This document shows positions 1 to 12,005 of a DNA stretch of 24,000 bases, in pieces. The notes beneath the pieces are model-generated. The model did no database searches. It was given only the letters and a program-made list of their open reading frames with translations, and was not told the DNA's origin. Numbering within the stretch: the stretch's first letter is position 1; each line of letters starts with the position of its first letter. Origin of the DNA: Rhodospirillales bacterium. GTDB lineage: Bacteria; Pseudomonadota; Alphaproteobacteria; Rhodospirillales; Magnetovibrionaceae. The translations under genes were made by a program, and so were the position numbers. Where the stretch lies: NCBI GenBank assembly GCA_024653965.1, contig JANLGW010000053.1:8426-32425 (forward strand), given 5' to 3'.

Positions 1-1368
1 GGTGCGCGCATCGCCCATCACGCCCACGCTTTGCACCGGCAACAGCACGGCGAAGGCCTGCCAGATGGCGTCGTACAGGCCCGCCAAGCGGATTTCTTCC
101 AAGTATACTTTGTCGGCGTTGCGCAGGATTTCCAGCTTTTCCTTGCTGATGCCGCCGGGCAGGCGGATGGCTAGGCCCGGCCCCGGGAACGGATGGCGGC
201 CGACGAAGTGTTCGGGCAGGCCCAGTTCGTGGCCCAAGATGCGCACTTCGTCCTTGAACAGTTCGCGCAACGGCTCGATCAGCTTCATGTTCATGCGTTC
301 GGGCAAGCCACCGACGTTGTGGTGCGATTTGATGGTGACGCTGGGGCCGCCGGTGAACGAGACGCTTTCGATCACATCGGGGTACAAGGTGCCTTGGGCC
401 AAATAGTCCGCGCCGCCGACGTTGCGCGCTTCTTCTTCGAATACGTCGATGAAGGTCGCGCCGATGATCTTGCGCTTTTTTTCCGGGTCCGACACACCTT
501 CGAGCTTGCCCAAAAACAGATCCGAGGCATCGCGATGCACCAGCTTGATTTGATAGTGGTCGCGGAACATCTTGACCACTTCTTCGGCTTCGTCCTTGCG
601 CATCAGCCCGGTATCGACGAATACGCAGGTGAGCTGGTCGCCGATGGCTTCGTGCAGCAGCACCGCCACCACCGAGCTATCCACGCCGCCCGACAACCCG
701 CAGATGACGCGGCCACTGCCGACCTGTTTGCGCACCTTGGCGATTTCTTCTTCGCGGAACTTGCCCATGGTCCAATCGCCGCGGCAACCGCAAACGCGGT
801 GGGTGAAGTTTTCGATCAGCTTCGCGCCGTGGGGAGTGTGCACCACTTCGGGGTGGAACTGCACGCCGTAGAATTTCTTTTCATCATTGGCGATGGCGGC
901 GAACGGCGCCGTAGGCGTGATGGCGACAGCGCGGAACCCTGCGGGGATGGCGTCGATCTTGTCGCCGTGGCTCATCCATACCTGTTCTTTGGCGCCCTTC
1001 GCCCATACGCCGTGGAACAGTTCGCAATCGTCCACCACGTCGATGAAGGCGCGGCCAAATTCGCGGTGATGGCCTTCTTCGACCCGTCCGCCCAACTGTG
1101 CGCACAGGGTCTGCTCGCCGTAACAAATGCCGAAAATCGGTAGCCCTAAGTCGAACAGGCCCTGCGGCGCACGCGGGGTGTCGATGCCGGTGACCGATGC
1201 CGGTCCGCCCGAAAGGATCACGCCCTTGGGGTTGAAGGCCTTGATGGTTTCCACGCTCACGGCATTGAACGGCTGAATTTCGGAATAAACCCCGCTTTCG
1301 CGCACGCGGCGCGCAATCAGCTGGGTGACTTGGGAACCGAAATCGATGATCAGTATGCGCTCGTGCAT
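1..1368 (-). CDS. guaA: GMP synthase (glutamine-hydrolysing); C-terminal end lies beyond the window edge
   Basis: My own minus-strand translation; the ORF is open at the window edge and absent from the track. ATG at 1368..1366 gives [31 protein letters not shown]. The PP-loop [14 protein letters not shown] lies near 700..660 and [10 protein letters not shown] near 340..301. Plus-strand ORFs 2..406 and 193..1143 are shadow frames. Confidence 0.93.
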   Translation of the reverse strand, partial: MHERILIIDFGSQVTQLIARRVRESGVYSEIQPFNAVSVETIKAFNPKGVILSGGPASVTGIDTPRAPQGLFDLGLPIFGICYGEQTLCAQLGGRVEEGHHREFGRAFIDVVDDCELFHGVWAKGAKEQVWMSHGDKIDAIPAGFRAVAITPTAPFAAIANDEKKFYGVQFHPEVVHTPHGAKLIENFTHRVCGCRGDWTMGKFREEEIAKVRKQVGSGRVICGLSGGVDSSVVAVLLHEAIGDQLTCVFVDTGLMRKDEAEEVVKMFRDHYQIKLVHRDASDLFLGKLEGVSDPEKKRKIIGATFIDVFEEEARNVGGADYLAQGTLYPDVIESVSFTGGPSVTIKSHHNVGGLPERMNMKLIEPLRELFKDEVRILGHELGLPEHFVGRHPFPGPGLAIRLPGGISKEKLEILRNADKVYLEEIRLAGLYDAIWQAFAVLLPVQSVGVMGDART

Positions 1369-1447
1369 GGGAGCCCCGCGTTTGCCTAAATTCAAGGCCC
1401 GGACCTTAGCGCATGAGGGGCGGATTCGCTAGGGGAAATGCCTGCCA

Positions 1448-1528
1448 GGGTCGGATCGGTTTAGCTGGAATCGCTCATGTGATCCCAGCTAAAACGTGAA
1501 TCCGCCCCGACCAATATGCTAGAGCGCC
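1448..1528. repeat. ~80-nt hairpin-containing intergenic repeat, copy A (copy B at 20802..20880)
   Basis: The 61-nt core GGGTCGGATCGGTTTAGCTGGAATCGCTCATGTGATCCCAGCTAAAACGTGAATCCGCCCC differs from 20802..20861 by about 5 substitutions and 1 indel by eye. It has an internal inverted repeat TTTAGCTGG/CCAGCTAAA. GGGGCGGATTC at 1417..1427 is complementary to GAATCCGCCCC at 1498..1508. Weaker similarity continues into ..TAGAGCGCC, overlapping the stop of the MAPEG gene. Confidence 0.7.
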
Positions 1529-1917
1529 ACTTGCACGATCGCCAGCCCGGTCAGGATCATCAGCACCACCATGCTGACGAGCGCCCCCATGGACCTGGGC
1601 GCGCGCCGCGCGTCGAGCACGCCGTATGCGTGCGCCACGCGGGCGGCGCTGAACACCCCGCCCAAAAGGTGTAATTGCCAGACGGGCAGGCCGTTGAACT
1701 CTAATAAGGCCATCAAAAGCAGCGCGAAGGGGGCGTATTCCGCCAGATTGCCGTGCGCACGGATGGAACGCTGCAAATCCATTACGCCGCCGTCGCCCAG
1801 GGAGACTTGGTTTTCGATGCGAAAATGCACCACCCGGAAGGACAGCACGATCAGCAGCAGGACGTTGAGCGCGACGTACAAAGGCGTGACGGAAAACATG
1901 GGCGCGGTGATGGTCAT
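1519..1917 (-). CDS. MAPEG-family inner-membrane protein (YecN-like)
   Basis: Track ORF 1519..1998. The multi-TM profile and motifs (RVVHFRIENQVSLGDGG..LQRSIRAHGNLAEYAPFALLL) fit MAPEG. I prefer the ATG at 1917 (MTITAPMF..) because the longer form begins at TTG and runs through the operator palindromes. Confidence 0.7.
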   Translation of the reverse strand: MTITAPMFSVTPLYVALNVLLLIVLSFRVVHFRIENQVSLGDGGVMDLQRSIRAHGNLAEYAPFALLLMALLEFNGLPVWQLHLLGGVFSAARVAHAYGVLDARRAPRSMGALVSMVVLMILTGLAIVQVAL

Positions 1918-1943
1918 GATCGGTTTTTCCCCTTCGGTTTTAA

Positions 1944-1985
1944 ATATGATGGTCGTCATATTTTGAGATATGATGATCGTCATAT
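1944..1985. promoter_or_regulatory. Twin palindromic operator, probably the TetR binding site
   Basis: Two palindromes of form ATATGA-N6-TCATAT: ATATGATGGTCGTCATAT (1944..1961) and ATATGATGATCGTCATAT (1968..1985), centres 24 bp apart. They sit in the 101-nt divergent intergenic region between the MAPEG gene and the TetR gene. Confidence 0.6.
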
Positions 1986-2018
1986 ATGATCCGGTCAAGT
2001 CGAATTTTGGAGTCGTTC

Positions 2019-2594
2019 ATGGGATATCCGCCGGAACATAAACAGCAGACCCGCGTCCGCATCGTCGACAGCGCCCGCCGTCTGTGGAAGGCCAAGGGCT
2101 ACGCCAACGTCTCCATCAATGACATTATGAAGGACGCCGGGCTGACCCACGGCGGCTTCTACGCTCATTTCCAATCGAAGGAAGAGCTGTTTGCCGAGGC
2201 CGCGCTCGATACCGCCGTGCTGGAGCGTTACCGCGCCCTGCGCGCCGATCCGTCGGTGCCGGCGCTCAAGGTGTTTGAAAGTGTGCTCGACACCTATCTT
2301 TCCGCCGGGCACCGCGACAATCCGGCCGAGGGTTGCCCGTTGGTGGCGCTATCCGAAGATGCTTGGCGCATGGGCGCGGGCGTGCAGGCGGCTTACACCC
2401 AACTTGCCCGCTACGCTTCGGCGCAGATGGGCGAATTACTGGGTGACGAAGCTTTGTCTCACGCCGCGTTGGCGGCCATGGTCGGCGCGATCCAGATCGC
2501 GCGCGGGGTGGATGATCTAGCACTCAGTCAAAAAATCCTTGATGACGTCAAGGCGGCGCTGATGCAGATGGCGGCGGCGCGGATTGGGGCATAG
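2019..2594 (+). CDS. TetR/AcrR-family transcriptional regulator
   Basis: Track ORF 1986..2594. The N-terminal HTH (TRVRIVDSARRLWKAKGYANVSINDIMKDAGLTHGGFYAHFQSKEELF) is the classic TetR signature. The ATG at 2019 has GGAG 6 nt upstream. Confidence 0.88.
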   Translation: MGYPPEHKQQTRVRIVDSARRLWKAKGYANVSINDIMKDAGLTHGGFYAHFQSKEELFAEAALDTAVLERYRALRADPSVPALKVFESVLDTYLSAGHRDNPAEGCPLVALSEDAWRMGAGVQAAYTQLARYASAQMGELLGDEALSHAALAAMVGAIQIARGVDDLALSQKILDDVKAALMQMAAARIGA

Positions 2595-2602
2595 CGGCAG
2601 AT

Positions 2603-3400
2603 TTAGCCCAGCAGCCCGACCACCCACACATGAATGATGTTATCCGGGTCGCCGTGGATGAGCTTGGCGGTGATGATCAGCGACATGATGACCAAGAGCG
2701 GACGGATCAGTTGCGCGCCGTGTTTCATGGCTAACCCTGCGCCCAGCCGCGCGCCGATAAACTGGCCCGCCGCCATACTGAGCGCAGGCATCCACAGCAC
2801 ATGCCCCGCTACGGCGAAAAACAAAAACGAGGCGAAGTTGGAGGTGAAGTTCACCACCTTGGTGTGCGCGGTGGCCTTGAGCATATTGAAGCCGAGCACT
2901 GAAACGAACGCCACCGCCCACAGGCTTCCTGCACCGGGGCCGAAAAAACCGTCGTAAAAACCTAAACAGAGTCCGAACAGCACGTAAAACGGCGTGTGTT
3001 CCATCAGGTGATGGCGGTCGATGTGGCCGATGGAGGGGGCGAAGGCAAAATAGAGCGCCGCCGCAATCAGCAAAAAGGGAATGACCTGCATCATCAATTG
3101 GGAATCGAGTACCTGCACCAACAGCGTGCCGATGGCGGACCCGGTGAAGGTGAAGGCGATGGCGAGTTTCATCTCGCCCCAGTTCATATGCCCCTTGAGC
3201 GCATAGGCCCTTGCGGCGGCGAACGAACCGAACATGGCCTGAGCCTTGTTGGTGGCCAGCGCATTGACCGGCGGCAGCCCGGCGGCCAGCAGTGCGGGCA
3301 CCGAAATCAGCCCGCCGCCGCCCGCGATGGCATCCACAAAGCCGCCCGCCAGCCCGGCTAAGAACAGCAAGGCCAGAACTTCGATCGACAACGTTTCCAT
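2603..3400 (-). CDS. TSUP-family (TauE/SafE, YfcA-like) anion-exporter membrane protein
   Basis: 265-aa polytopic ORF. The N-terminus FLAGLAGGFVDAIAGGGGLISVPALL and repeated Gly-rich TM halves are typical of TSUP/DUF81. Confidence 0.8.
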   Translation of the reverse strand: METLSIEVLALLFLAGLAGGFVDAIAGGGGLISVPALLAAGLPPVNALATNKAQAMFGSFAAARAYALKGHMNWGEMKLAIAFTFTGSAIGTLLVQVLDSQLMMQVIPFLLIAAALYFAFAPSIGHIDRHHLMEHTPFYVLFGLCLGFYDGFFGPGAGSLWAVAFVSVLGFNMLKATAHTKVVNFTSNFASFLFFAVAGHVLWMPALSMAAGQFIGARLGAGLAMKHGAQLIRPLLVIMSLIITAKLIHGDPDNIIHVWVVGLLG

Positions 3401-3494
3401 GGGGGCTGCACCTGATCAACCTGGGGGGTGTCAGGATAGCGCCGGGAGAAACCGTTTACACCTGAAATCGTCTAAAAGAGCGCACCACAGAGAT

Positions 3495-3534
3495 CACAGA
3501 GGGCACAGAGTTTATGCGCTCTGTGTGCTCTGTG
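3495..3534 (-). terminator. Hairpin downstream of thiC (probable terminator)
   Basis: CACAGAGGGCACAGAG (3495..3510) pairs with CTCTGTGTGCTCTGTG (3519..3534) as 7 bp, then a mismatch and a G.U, then 7 bp. It lies 18 nt past the thiC stop. On the minus strand it is followed by a modest T-run (..GCGCTCTTTTAGA). Confidence 0.5.
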
Positions 3535-3551
3535 TCCTCAGTGGTAAAACC

Positions 3552-5532
<1,981 letters not shown>

Positions 5533-5565
5533 TTAAGGGGAATCTGGGGTATGGGGGGGCAAAGG

Positions 5566-5708
5566 TCAAGCTTTGGTTTGGGGTAAATGCCCCGTCGGGT
5601 CCATGCTGTGGTGAAGGACGTGCCCCAGGTGCGCTGGCTGTAGTCGCCGATGTGCGCCAAATCCCGGCGCGCCGGGGCGGAAATAAACAGGGTTTTGGAG
5701 AAGGGCTT
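5566..5708 (-). pseudogene. parE toxin remnant with an internal deletion and frameshift
   Basis: Directly after the parD stop, one minus frame reads KPFSKTLFISAPARRDLAHIGDYSQRTWG, a ParE N-terminus (compare MKPYRLS..A.ADLDDIW.YS.QRWG), with no start codon. At about 5622 a second frame reads HVLHHSMDPTGHLPQTKA*, a ParE C-terminal ..RVLH.SM......L motif ending at TGA 5566..5568. The roughly 50 codons normally between them are missing. Confidence 0.55.
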
Positions 5709-5955
5709 AGAGCTCGTCAAAGAATCCGTCCAACGTTTCGTTGGATGGGATGCTGACGCCGTCGCCCCGCGCCACGGCGTCGTCGCCTTCATGAATGGCG
5801 GCGCGAAGATGCGCCATTTTGGCGGCGCGTTCCTCTTCGACGCGCTTGAACAGGCGTAGCGCCTCGCGCACCACTTCGCTGGCGTTGTTGTAATCGCCGG
5901 AAGCCGCTTGATCGCGCACAAATTGTTCCAAACTGGGGGTCAAACTGAAGTTCAT
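5707..5955 (-). CDS. parD: ParD-family (CopG/RHH) type II antitoxin
   Basis: MNFSLTPSLEQFVRDQAASGDYNNASEVVREALRLFKRVEEERAAKMAHLRAAI.. matches the ParD/COG3609 pattern (..SEVIREALRLL..). I chose the ATG at 5955, 6 nt after AGGAGA; the track ORF extends to 6006. Confidence 0.8.
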   Translation of the reverse strand: MNFSLTPSLEQFVRDQAASGDYNNASEVVREALRLFKRVEEERAAKMAHLRAAIHEGDDAVARGDGVSIPSNETLDGFFDEL

Positions 5956-6084
5956 CACCATTCTCCTAAGCCCCGAATTATCGCGCTGGAGGCAGAGTAA
6001 TGTCAATGTTTGATAACAATGTTTGTTATTTTAATATTGGGAAACTGTCCCACACTACAATCTGCACGGACCGCTGTTTGATCA

Positions 6085-6498
6085 TTAGTCCCCGACACCC
6101 AGCAATACAATTTGAAGGGCGCGGGCCTCCACGCCAATCTCGCTCCCTGAATCTAAGCGCATTGTGCCGACCATGTCGGTAAATGACTGATGCTGATCTT
6201 TGGTGTTCAATTTTGCGCCTAGCTCCTCAAAACGGGAGAATGCATGAATAGCCTTTTTTGATCCGTATAGGCAAATACGTGACTTGGCGTCAGCGGTTTT
6301 AGCCATCAGATCAACCCGTTCTTTGGAGTTTTCTTTGGGGTTATAGATTGCCGACTCAGACACGGTTTTTAAATAATCCATGTACGCCTTTGAGCGAAGA
6401 TCTCTGATATGTCGTTGATTTTCAATGTGGCGCGTGAAGAAGTATTGAAGGGAAGCCCCTATCACAAGGCCTAAAAAAGGCAAAAAATCCGTAAGCAA
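6085..6498 (-). CDS. Hypothetical protein with an N-terminal TM anchor, in an AT-rich islet
   Basis: 137-aa ORF with one N-terminal hydrophobic helix (FLPFLGLVIGASLQYFF) followed by a Lys/Glu-rich helical region. Local composition is clearly AT-richer than the flanking genes. I recognise no family. Confidence 0.5.
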   Translation of the reverse strand: MLTDFLPFLGLVIGASLQYFFTRHIENQRHIRDLRSKAYMDYLKTVSESAIYNPKENSKERVDLMAKTADAKSRICLYGSKKAIHAFSRFEELGAKLNTKDQHQSFTDMVGTMRLDSGSEIGVEARALQIVLLGVGD

Positions 6499-6584
6499 TT
6501 TATCCTCCTTGCAACGCCTTTAGATCGAAGGGGAGTATTCTATCATGTCTGAACTTGGCCGAAGGCGACAAATAACGTCGTTTT

Positions 6585-7898
6585 TTATGTATGGCGTTCC
6601 AAAACCCCGACAAAAAACCCATCCGTGCCGTGCTGCGCGGGGGTGAGGCGCAGGTAATCCCCGTCTACGGGGCTGGGTTCTCCGCCGAAGGTTTCAGCCC
6701 ATACGGTGGGCATGGGGATCACCTTAAATTGCGGGTGGGTTTTTAAAAACGCATCAAGGCGATCTTCGTTTTCTTCACGCAAAAGTGAGCACGTGGCGTA
6801 AATCAGGCGTCCGCCTGCCTTCACCAGCGCAGCCGCGCCGTTCAGCACTTGCGTTTGCGCCGCCATCAGTTCGGCCAAGCGGTCCTCGGTGAGGCGCTTT
6901 TTTTGTTCGGGGTGCCGTCGCCAAGTGCCCGACCCGGTGCAAGGTGCGTCGACCAGTACCCGGTCAAATTGGCCCGCGTTCGTTTCCGCCCATATGTCAT
7001 CGGAACCCAGCACATGGCGCTCGACCAGATCGTTTAGGCGCGCGCGGTGCAGGCGGCGATCCATGCGGGTCAGGCGCGCCTCGTCGATGTCGCACGCCAC
7101 CAGCCGCCCCGCCGAATGGCCGCCTTGCAGGCCCATGCGGTCGGCGATGGCGAGCGTTTTACCGCCCGCGCCCGCGCAGTAATCCACCACGGCCATGCTC
7201 GGTTTTGCGCCGACCAGCAGACTCAAAAGTTGCGAGCCTTCGTCTTGCACTTCCACCAAACCCTTTTTGAACGCCGGTGTGCGCGCGATGTCGGTGTGTG
7301 CGTCGATGCGCAGGCCCAGCGGCGACAGCGGCGTGTATTTGGCCTTCACGCCCGATTTGTTTAACGCCTGCTGTGCCTGGGCGCGGGTGACGCGCGCCAG
7401 CGCCACGCGCAAATCCATCGGCGCGGGTTCGTTGAGCGCAGCCATTTCGCGCAGAAATGCCGTGCCAAACAGCGGTTCCAGTTTCGCCGCCAGCCATTTC
7501 GGGATTTCGGCCTGGGCAAAGGCGGGCATGGTGGGGTCGTTCAGGGTTTTGCCTTTAAGCCGCTCGGCGATGGCCTGCTCGGCTTCGTTTAGGGGTTTAG
7601 GCCCATGGGGCGAGCCGTCGAACAGTGCAGGCCCGTCTTCGCCTTCGAGCATCAAGTCGGCCAGCACCCGTTCGCGCACCGTGGGTTGCTGGGGGCCTTC
7701 AAAGCCCAAATGCCAATCCAAGCGGTTGATGCGGCGCAGCACGCCGTAAACACGTTCGCGAATGTCGCGGCGGTCCTTGGAGCCGACGAAGCGCCGGGCT
7801 TGAAACCACGCGCGCACGATGTCGTCCGCCGCGCGGCGTTCTTGCGCGATTTTGCCCAGCAAATAAATGGCGGCTTCGGTCCGTGCGGCGGGTAACAT
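6585..7898 (-). CDS. RsmB/NOL1/NOP2/Sun-family rRNA (cytosine-C5) methyltransferase
   Basis: 437-aa ORF with the SAM-binding block VVDYCAGAGGKT and the catalytic blocks VLVDAPCTGSGTWRRHPE and LIYATCSL. Confidence 0.88.
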   Translation of the reverse strand: MLPAARTEAAIYLLGKIAQERRAADDIVRAWFQARRFVGSKDRRDIRERVYGVLRRINRLDWHLGFEGPQQPTVRERVLADLMLEGEDGPALFDGSPHGPKPLNEAEQAIAERLKGKTLNDPTMPAFAQAEIPKWLAAKLEPLFGTAFLREMAALNEPAPMDLRVALARVTRAQAQQALNKSGVKAKYTPLSPLGLRIDAHTDIARTPAFKKGLVEVQDEGSQLLSLLVGAKPSMAVVDYCAGAGGKTLAIADRMGLQGGHSAGRLVACDIDEARLTRMDRRLHRARLNDLVERHVLGSDDIWAETNAGQFDRVLVDAPCTGSGTWRRHPEQKKRLTEDRLAELMAAQTQVLNGAAALVKAGGRLIYATCSLLREENEDRLDAFLKTHPQFKVIPMPTVWAETFGGEPSPVDGDYLRLTPAQHGTDGFFVGVLERHT

Positions 7899-8039
7899 GA
7901 ACGTTCTTTCGTTTGCCCGCAGTCCGAAGACCGTAGGTCTGAAGGATGGGCCGTTGAGGCCCCGGCCCGGTTAGGGCCGTAAGCCAAGGGTACGGAGTGC
8001 CCGCCCGGCGTCTGAGGGGCATTAAAAGTGAGGAAAGCG

Positions 8040-9527
<1,488 letters not shown>

Positions 9528-9671
9528 TCATACAGATTCAATGCGGAATGCCAAGCTAGATTCCACATCAAATCCACCTAAAAAAGTGTATAATGAGGAC
9601 GGTGAGCGATTGGACGGTTGCGCTGCCCGAAATCGAACGGTTTTTCAATCGGTTAGAGAGGGAGGTCGGTC

Positions 9672-10118
9672 ATGAAGCCGCGTAAGACATGGGTGCTTGT
9701 TGCGGATGGTGCGCGGGCGCGCATTTTGCAAAGCAATGGCTCAGGGGGCGGGTTGTCGTCCGCGTTGAATTTCGATTTTGCCGCGTCCCATGCGCCCAGC
9801 CGCGACTTCGGTTCGGATAAGCCGGGTCGGGGGCAGGGTGCCGGGGGTGTGGCGCAGCACACCAAACCGCCCAGGGTGGATTGGCACACTTACGAAAAAC
9901 ATTTGTTCGCCAAAGAGTTGGCAAAGGCGCTGGAAGAGGCGTTGCGCGAGTGCGCGTTCGACGATTTGGTGTTGGTGGCACCGCCTAAGGCATTGGGTGA
10001 ACTGCGCCAGGCGCTGGCAAACGACGTCATGAGCCGGGTGACGAGCGAAATCGGCAAAGATCTGACGCATTTGAGCATTCATGAGGTGGGGCGTTATTTG
10101 GAAGATGCCAAACCTTAG
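9672..10118 (+). CDS. Host-attachment-protein family (baeRF12-like) protein
   Basis: 148-aa ORF. The N-terminus KTWVLVADGARARIL and the later LVLVAPPKALGELR pattern match my memory of the 'protein required for attachment to host cells' family. GGAGG lies 6 nt upstream of the ATG. Confidence 0.6.
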   Translation: MKPRKTWVLVADGARARILQSNGSGGGLSSALNFDFAASHAPSRDFGSDKPGRGQGAGGVAQHTKPPRVDWHTYEKHLFAKELAKALEEALRECAFDDLVLVAPPKALGELRQALANDVMSRVTSEIGKDLTHLSIHEVGRYLEDAKP

Positions 10119-10204
10119 ATGATGAGGCCCTAACCGTTTTGTGATGCTGCGCCCCTCTTGTCCATAGAAGTAAGGGGGGCTATATCTGTGCCAGCACCTA
10201 ACCA

Positions 10205-10987
10205 ATGGTTAATCGGAAGTCTGACATGAAACATCTCATGAAACGCCGCATGAAATTTTTGGCGCAATTTTTGCTCCTGTTCGTCGTCGCCGCCCCGGCT
10301 TGGGCCGCCGTTGCGCCCGAGGTCGGCATTAAGGAACTGGCTTCCGGCAATGGCGAAGAAGCGGTGCCTTATGCTCAGGTTAAGGTTCATTACACGGGCT
10401 GGACGCTGGACGGCAAAAAGTTCGATTCCAGCGTGGACCGTGGCACGCCGTTCGACTTTATCTTAGGCGCGGGCGAAGTGATCCCCGGCTGGGACGAAGG
10501 GGTCGAGGGCATGCGCGTGGGCGGCAAGCGCGAATTGATCATTCCGCCTGAACTGGCCTATGGCCCAGAAGGCGTGCCCGGCGTCATCCCCGTCAATGCG
10601 ACGTTGAAGTTCGAAGTCGAGCTGTTGGGCGTCGCTGGTCCTGATTTTGCCAATATCGACAATGCTCAATTGAAAGAACTGTTGGCTAAGGGTGTGCCCA
10701 TCGTCGATTTGCGCCGCGAAGAAGAATGGAAACAGACCGGCGTGGTGGAAGGATCGAAATTGATCACCGCCATCAACGTCAAGGGTGAGTTCCTGCCGCC
10801 CTTCATCGAAGGTTTTAAAGCGGTGGCCGGACCGAACGATGAAGTGATTTTAATCTGCCGCACCGGCAATCGCACCGGAGCGGTGGCCGATTATTTGGTC
10901 CGCGCCGAAGGTTATAAAAAAATCTACAACGTGCGCCACGGCATCACCCAATGGATCAAAGACGGCGGTCCCGTCGTCAAGCCATAA
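10205..10987 (+). CDS. Secreted FKBP-type peptidyl-prolyl isomerase fused to a catalytic-type rhodanese domain
   Basis: Signal-like segment FLAQFLLLFVVAAPAWA. FKBP core VKVHYTGWTLDGKKFDSSVDRGTPFDFILGAGEVIPGWDEGVEGMRVGGKRELIIPPELAYG. C-terminal rhodanese with active-site loop CRTGNRT. The start could instead be the ATG at 10238. Confidence 0.85.
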   Translation: MVNRKSDMKHLMKRRMKFLAQFLLLFVVAAPAWAAVAPEVGIKELASGNGEEAVPYAQVKVHYTGWTLDGKKFDSSVDRGTPFDFILGAGEVIPGWDEGVEGMRVGGKRELIIPPELAYGPEGVPGVIPVNATLKFEVELLGVAGPDFANIDNAQLKELLAKGVPIVDLRREEEWKQTGVVEGSKLITAINVKGEFLPPFIEGFKAVAGPNDEVILICRTGNRTGAVADYLVRAEGYKKIYNVRHGITQWIKDGGPVVKP

Positions 10988-11041
10988 CGGTTAAATCGGC
11001 AGTTCCAACCCTCACATGCAGTAACCTATCGGAAGAGACCT

Positions 11042-11791
11042 ATGAAACGCGCCATGAAACGCTTGTTCCAGTTTTTCGCTATTGTTCTTTTAACCACCCC
11101 TGCGTGGGCGATGCCCGAACCCGAAGTGCAGATCAAGGATGTCCTCGTCGGTACCGGTGATTTAGTCGAGCTGGGGACGCGGGTTAAGGTTCACTACACG
11201 GGCTGGCTGATGGATGGCACGCAGTTCGATACCAGCCGCGACATTGATACGCCGTTTGAATTTTCCATCGGCGCGCACGAAGTCATTCGCGGCTGGGATA
11301 TCGGGGTGCAGGGCATGCGCGTGGGCGGCAAGCGCGAATTGATCATTCCGTCCGAATTGGGCTACGGCAAACAGGGTTATCCCGATGCGATCCCGCCAGA
11401 TGCGATGCTGAAGTTTGAAATCGAACTGTTGGAAATCAATACCAACGTCGTCACCTTCGTCGATAGCAAAGAGCTGGCGGCATTGGTCGAACGCGGCGTG
11501 CCGGTGATCGACTTGCGCCGTCAGGCCGAATGGGAAGAGACCGGCATCATCGCAGGCTCTAAGCTGATCACCGCTTTTGTGGAGACGTCTGGTTTTTCCC
11601 CGACCTTCCTGAAGACCCTCAAAGAAACCGTGGCTAAAACGGATGAGTTTGTGATGATCGACAAGGATGGTCGGCGCAGTTCGTATCTTTCCGGGGTCTT
11701 GACCGACCGCAAGGGCTATACCCATATCTACAATGCGAAGGATGGTATCGAAGGCTGGATCAAGGAAGGTTATCCGGTCGTTAAGCCATAA
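11042..11791 (+). CDS. Secreted FKBP-type PPIase fused to a rhodanese-homology domain lacking the catalytic Cys
   Basis: Paralogue of 10205..10987 with signal FFAIVLLTTPAWA and the same FKBP core. The loop aligned with CRTGNRT reads DKDGRRS, so Cys is replaced by Asp. Confidence 0.85.
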   Translation: MKRAMKRLFQFFAIVLLTTPAWAMPEPEVQIKDVLVGTGDLVELGTRVKVHYTGWLMDGTQFDTSRDIDTPFEFSIGAHEVIRGWDIGVQGMRVGGKRELIIPSELGYGKQGYPDAIPPDAMLKFEIELLEINTNVVTFVDSKELAALVERGVPVIDLRRQAEWEETGIIAGSKLITAFVETSGFSPTFLKTLKETVAKTDEFVMIDKDGRRSSYLSGVLTDRKGYTHIYNAKDGIEGWIKEGYPVVKP

Positions 11792-11802
11792 GGGTAAAGA
11801 CC

Positions 11803-12003
11803 ATGAGCGGATGGGGCTGCCCGCATGAACTTAAAGGGCGCTGCAAACGGGTGAAGCTGAAGGCCGTTATCGGTGAAGACATCGACGAGGACGGCAACAC
11901 CATGCCCAAATGCGATCCGGGCATGAAGGGCTGCGTGCTCTACGGTCGGTTTCGGTTTTCCAATGAAGAAAAAAACAAACCAGCCAAAGAAAACAAGGGC
12001 TGA
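11803..12003 (+). CDS. Small Cys-containing hypothetical protein (66 aa)
   Basis: ORF starts 11 nt after the preceding stop. It has four Cys (C6, C14, C37, C44) and a Lys/Glu-rich tail. I recognise no family, and coding status is unproven. Confidence 0.4.
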   Translation: MSGWGCPHELKGRCKRVKLKAVIGEDIDEDGNTMPKCDPGMKGCVLYGRFRFSNEEKNKPAKENKG

Positions 12004-12005
12004 GT

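Noticed and set aside
193-1143. 316-aa plus-strand ORF (also 2..406, 572..871, 887..1069) overlapping the guaA region
   Set aside because: These are shadow frames opposite a clearly recognisable minus-strand GMP synthase. Their Ala/Arg/Gly/His-rich composition is typical of antisense ORFs in high-GC DNA.
2640-3419. 259-aa minus-strand ORF overlapping the TSUP gene in another frame
   Set aside because: Its Arg/Gly/His-rich translation has no membrane character. The 2603..3400 frame gives a coherent polytopic TSUP protein.
3481-3540. Three direct CACAGAG copies followed by two CTCTGTG copies: possible dispersed repeat or binding-site array
   Set aside because: Simple hairpin geometry downstream of thiC explains it. 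No second copy occurs in the window.
9589-9594. Perfect TATAAT upstream of the host-attachment-family gene as a promoter
   Set aside because: I found no convincing -35 element at 16-18 nt spacing. This is too weak to list as a feature.
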